Shown here piece by piece: positions 62,184 through 64,000 of a DNA stretch of 64,000 nucleotides. Position numbers and translations under genes: made by a program. A model generated the notes under the pieces. It worked only from the letters and a program-made list of their open reading frames with translations, did no database searches and had not been told where the DNA came from. Source of the DNA: Trypanosoma brucei (Eukaryota); the NCBI GenBank assembly GCA_000002445.1, contig CH464491.1, positions 4,608,001 to 4,672,000 of the forward strand. Direction: 5' to 3'. Numbering within the stretch: position 1 is the first letter of the stretch; each line of letters starts with the position of its first letter.

Positions 62184-63707
62184 TAGAATGCTACCAAACT
62201 CACAAGAGAAGCAGCAATCAGAGAAAATTTCTTATTCACAAGAAAACTGGAATCTTTGCAAGCATTATTCTCCCACTTACAATCCGGAGATTTGCTCTCG
62301 CCTTGTCTTTACCCTCACATTTTTTCGTTGTTCGTGCCATTGCTTGTTATTATGTTCCTGCTGTGGCTTCTGTTCCTGGTTTAGGTTTGCATTCCTTTGT
62401 TGTTATGTTATAGACGCAGTCGCTGTGTGGGCATTTATCTGCGCTTTCTGCTGGTGATTTGCATTTTGTCGGTTGCTCCACAGTTTTGTCTGAGTTCGGT
62501 GCCGGCATGGTTGTTATGCTCTGGATCTTGCTTACCACTGATGTGGAAATTTCCTTTGCTTCGGTGATGGCCAGCTTTAGTAAATGGTTTGCCTGATTGT
62601 CGCCCGCGTTATGTTGTTCGCGGACCGCAAGCGACCCTGCCAGTTGCAGCAGACTGTCTATCCACGGCGCTTTTTTAGCGTTTCCTCTTTGCCAGTTTTG
62701 TAGCCTGTTAACTTTACACAGATGCCCGCGGTGTTAGCCCCTGTGCAGTCGCTTATGAATGCCCCAAGGTAGCCATTGCCGTTTTTTACCTTTACAAGCC
62801 TTCTAATTCTGTTTATTGCTGTCCGCAAAGTGTTTGACGTGAGCTCTGTAACTGCTGTGTGGCCGCAGCTTTCGTAAAGTGTTTTTAAGTCCGTGGCTGT
62901 CGGTCCTGTAGTCGCGCTTGTCCAGGGCGCGGCTTGTGCTACCGCCTGTCCGCAGACATCCTGCTGGGCTGCAGCATGGGCTTTGTGACAAAGGCATGCT
63001 AGGGCGGCTAGCGCAGTTGCTGTTTTGTCGTTACCACTGGCTATTTCGCACAGGGCGTTCCTTTCTGGGGTGTTTGGGTTTGCGCCGAAAACTTTGGTCG
63101 GCTTGGGGTTGCCACCTGCGAGGGCATCCTCGCCAAATGCCGCGGTGTTGAGAGTTTTACTGATTGCGTCTGGGGCCAGCTTACCGGGGTCGGCGACATC
63201 GGCATGTATCGACATGAAAATCTTGTGTGCTCTAGCTGCTATTGGTCTGATGAGCGCTGCTGCTGCTTGTCGCTGCGTGTCTGAAACTTTGTGTAGGTTA
63301 AACTCCTCTGCTGCTGCGTTCTTAGTTTCGATTTTGAGTTCCGTTGCCAGCTGTAGCCACTTTGGCCACATGCCATCCCAATTATTGTGGTTGATACCCG
63401 CCGCTTTTGGGTCGTTATGTGGATGCTGTTTGTCTCCGTTCTTGAAAAACATGTCGATCCACCATGACGGTTCTAGTGTCATGTTCAGTTTCATTAACTT
63501 GTTGTAGTCAGCTTCTGCTGCGTTTGCCAACTCAGGGGCCTTTGGGCTTGCAATTGCCAGCATTATGAGTTCGCATACCGCATTGTATTCTGCTATATTC
63601 TCCCCGGTTCCTACGTTTGCTTGGCCCGTCTTCAGTGCCATGACCAGGGTCAGAAGTGATATAAGGATTATCTTCATTGGGTTTTTGCTGCCTCTTCTAT
63701 TTTTCAT
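62184..63707 (-). pseudogene. VSG pseudogene with frameshifts.
   Basis: N-domain ORF 62658-63707 (signal peptide MKIILISLLTLVMALKTGQA). C-domain ...CKPKPGTEATAGT. Tail CKDSSFLVNKKFSLIAASLVSLVAF ending at 62184. Confidence 0.8.
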
Positions 63708-64000
63708 TAAGTACCTTGTTGGGAACGATCGTTAGAAATGTTTTTACTGCCTTAAGTGATAACTTAATTAGGCATGCCAAATGAGCCGCCTTGACGTTAA
63801 ACGCTTCTGACAAAACGATTATAACAGTTAATAAGTACGGGTGTGTTTTTCCTGGTTCTGGTTGCGCTGCAGCTGACATCTAAAATTATAGAGCCACTTT
63901 TGCTTGCACTTTATCTTTTCTTCCTACAACGCTACCATCATGTTGGTTTTCAAACCCAATACCACCAAAAGGTCTCCCATAAGTCCTGGAAGCATGCCAG

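Overview
This window reads as a Trypanosoma brucei-type subtelomeric VSG (variant surface glycoprotein) array. I did not find a new system: it is an accessory region with known feature classes, and the notable points are structural (rearrangements and their footprints).

Evidence for the array: about 16 VSG genes or fragments. Most are pseudogenes; two appear intact (10656-12086 on +, 24161-25738 on -). Each has the typical cysteine-rich C-terminal domain ending in a hydrophobic GPI-signal tail (...SSFLVNKKFALSVVSAAFVALLF-like). Several have the conserved VSG 3'UTR 16-mer TGATATATTTTAACAC downstream. Imperfect 70-bp repeats (a (TAA)n tract plus GTTGTGAGTGTGTATATAC core) sit upstream of almost every VSG.

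Other elements:
- A RIME at 12298-12806 (+).
- Two full-length ingi non-LTR retrotransposons in inverted orientation (30357-35610 on -, 48991-54241 on +). Both carry APE-type endonuclease (QWNCAGL), reverse-transcriptase (FFADD) and C2H2/RNase H ORF segments broken by frameshifts.
- Three copies of a secreted-protein pseudogene that I tentatively call ESAG3-like, each placed between a 70-bp repeat and a VSG.
- Three degenerate telomere-repeat tracts (TTAGGG on the VSG coding strand) directly downstream of VSGs, each followed by a VSG C-terminal fragment.

Coding strand switches three times: + for 1-12.3 kb, - for 12.8-30.4 kb, + for 35.6-49.0 kb, - for 54.2-64 kb. Every switch coincides with a RIME or ingi.

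Two 100-N assembly gaps lie inside very long (TAA)n tracts (57875-57974 and 61665-61764).

All calls come from reading the sequence and the ORF track; I ran no database searches.
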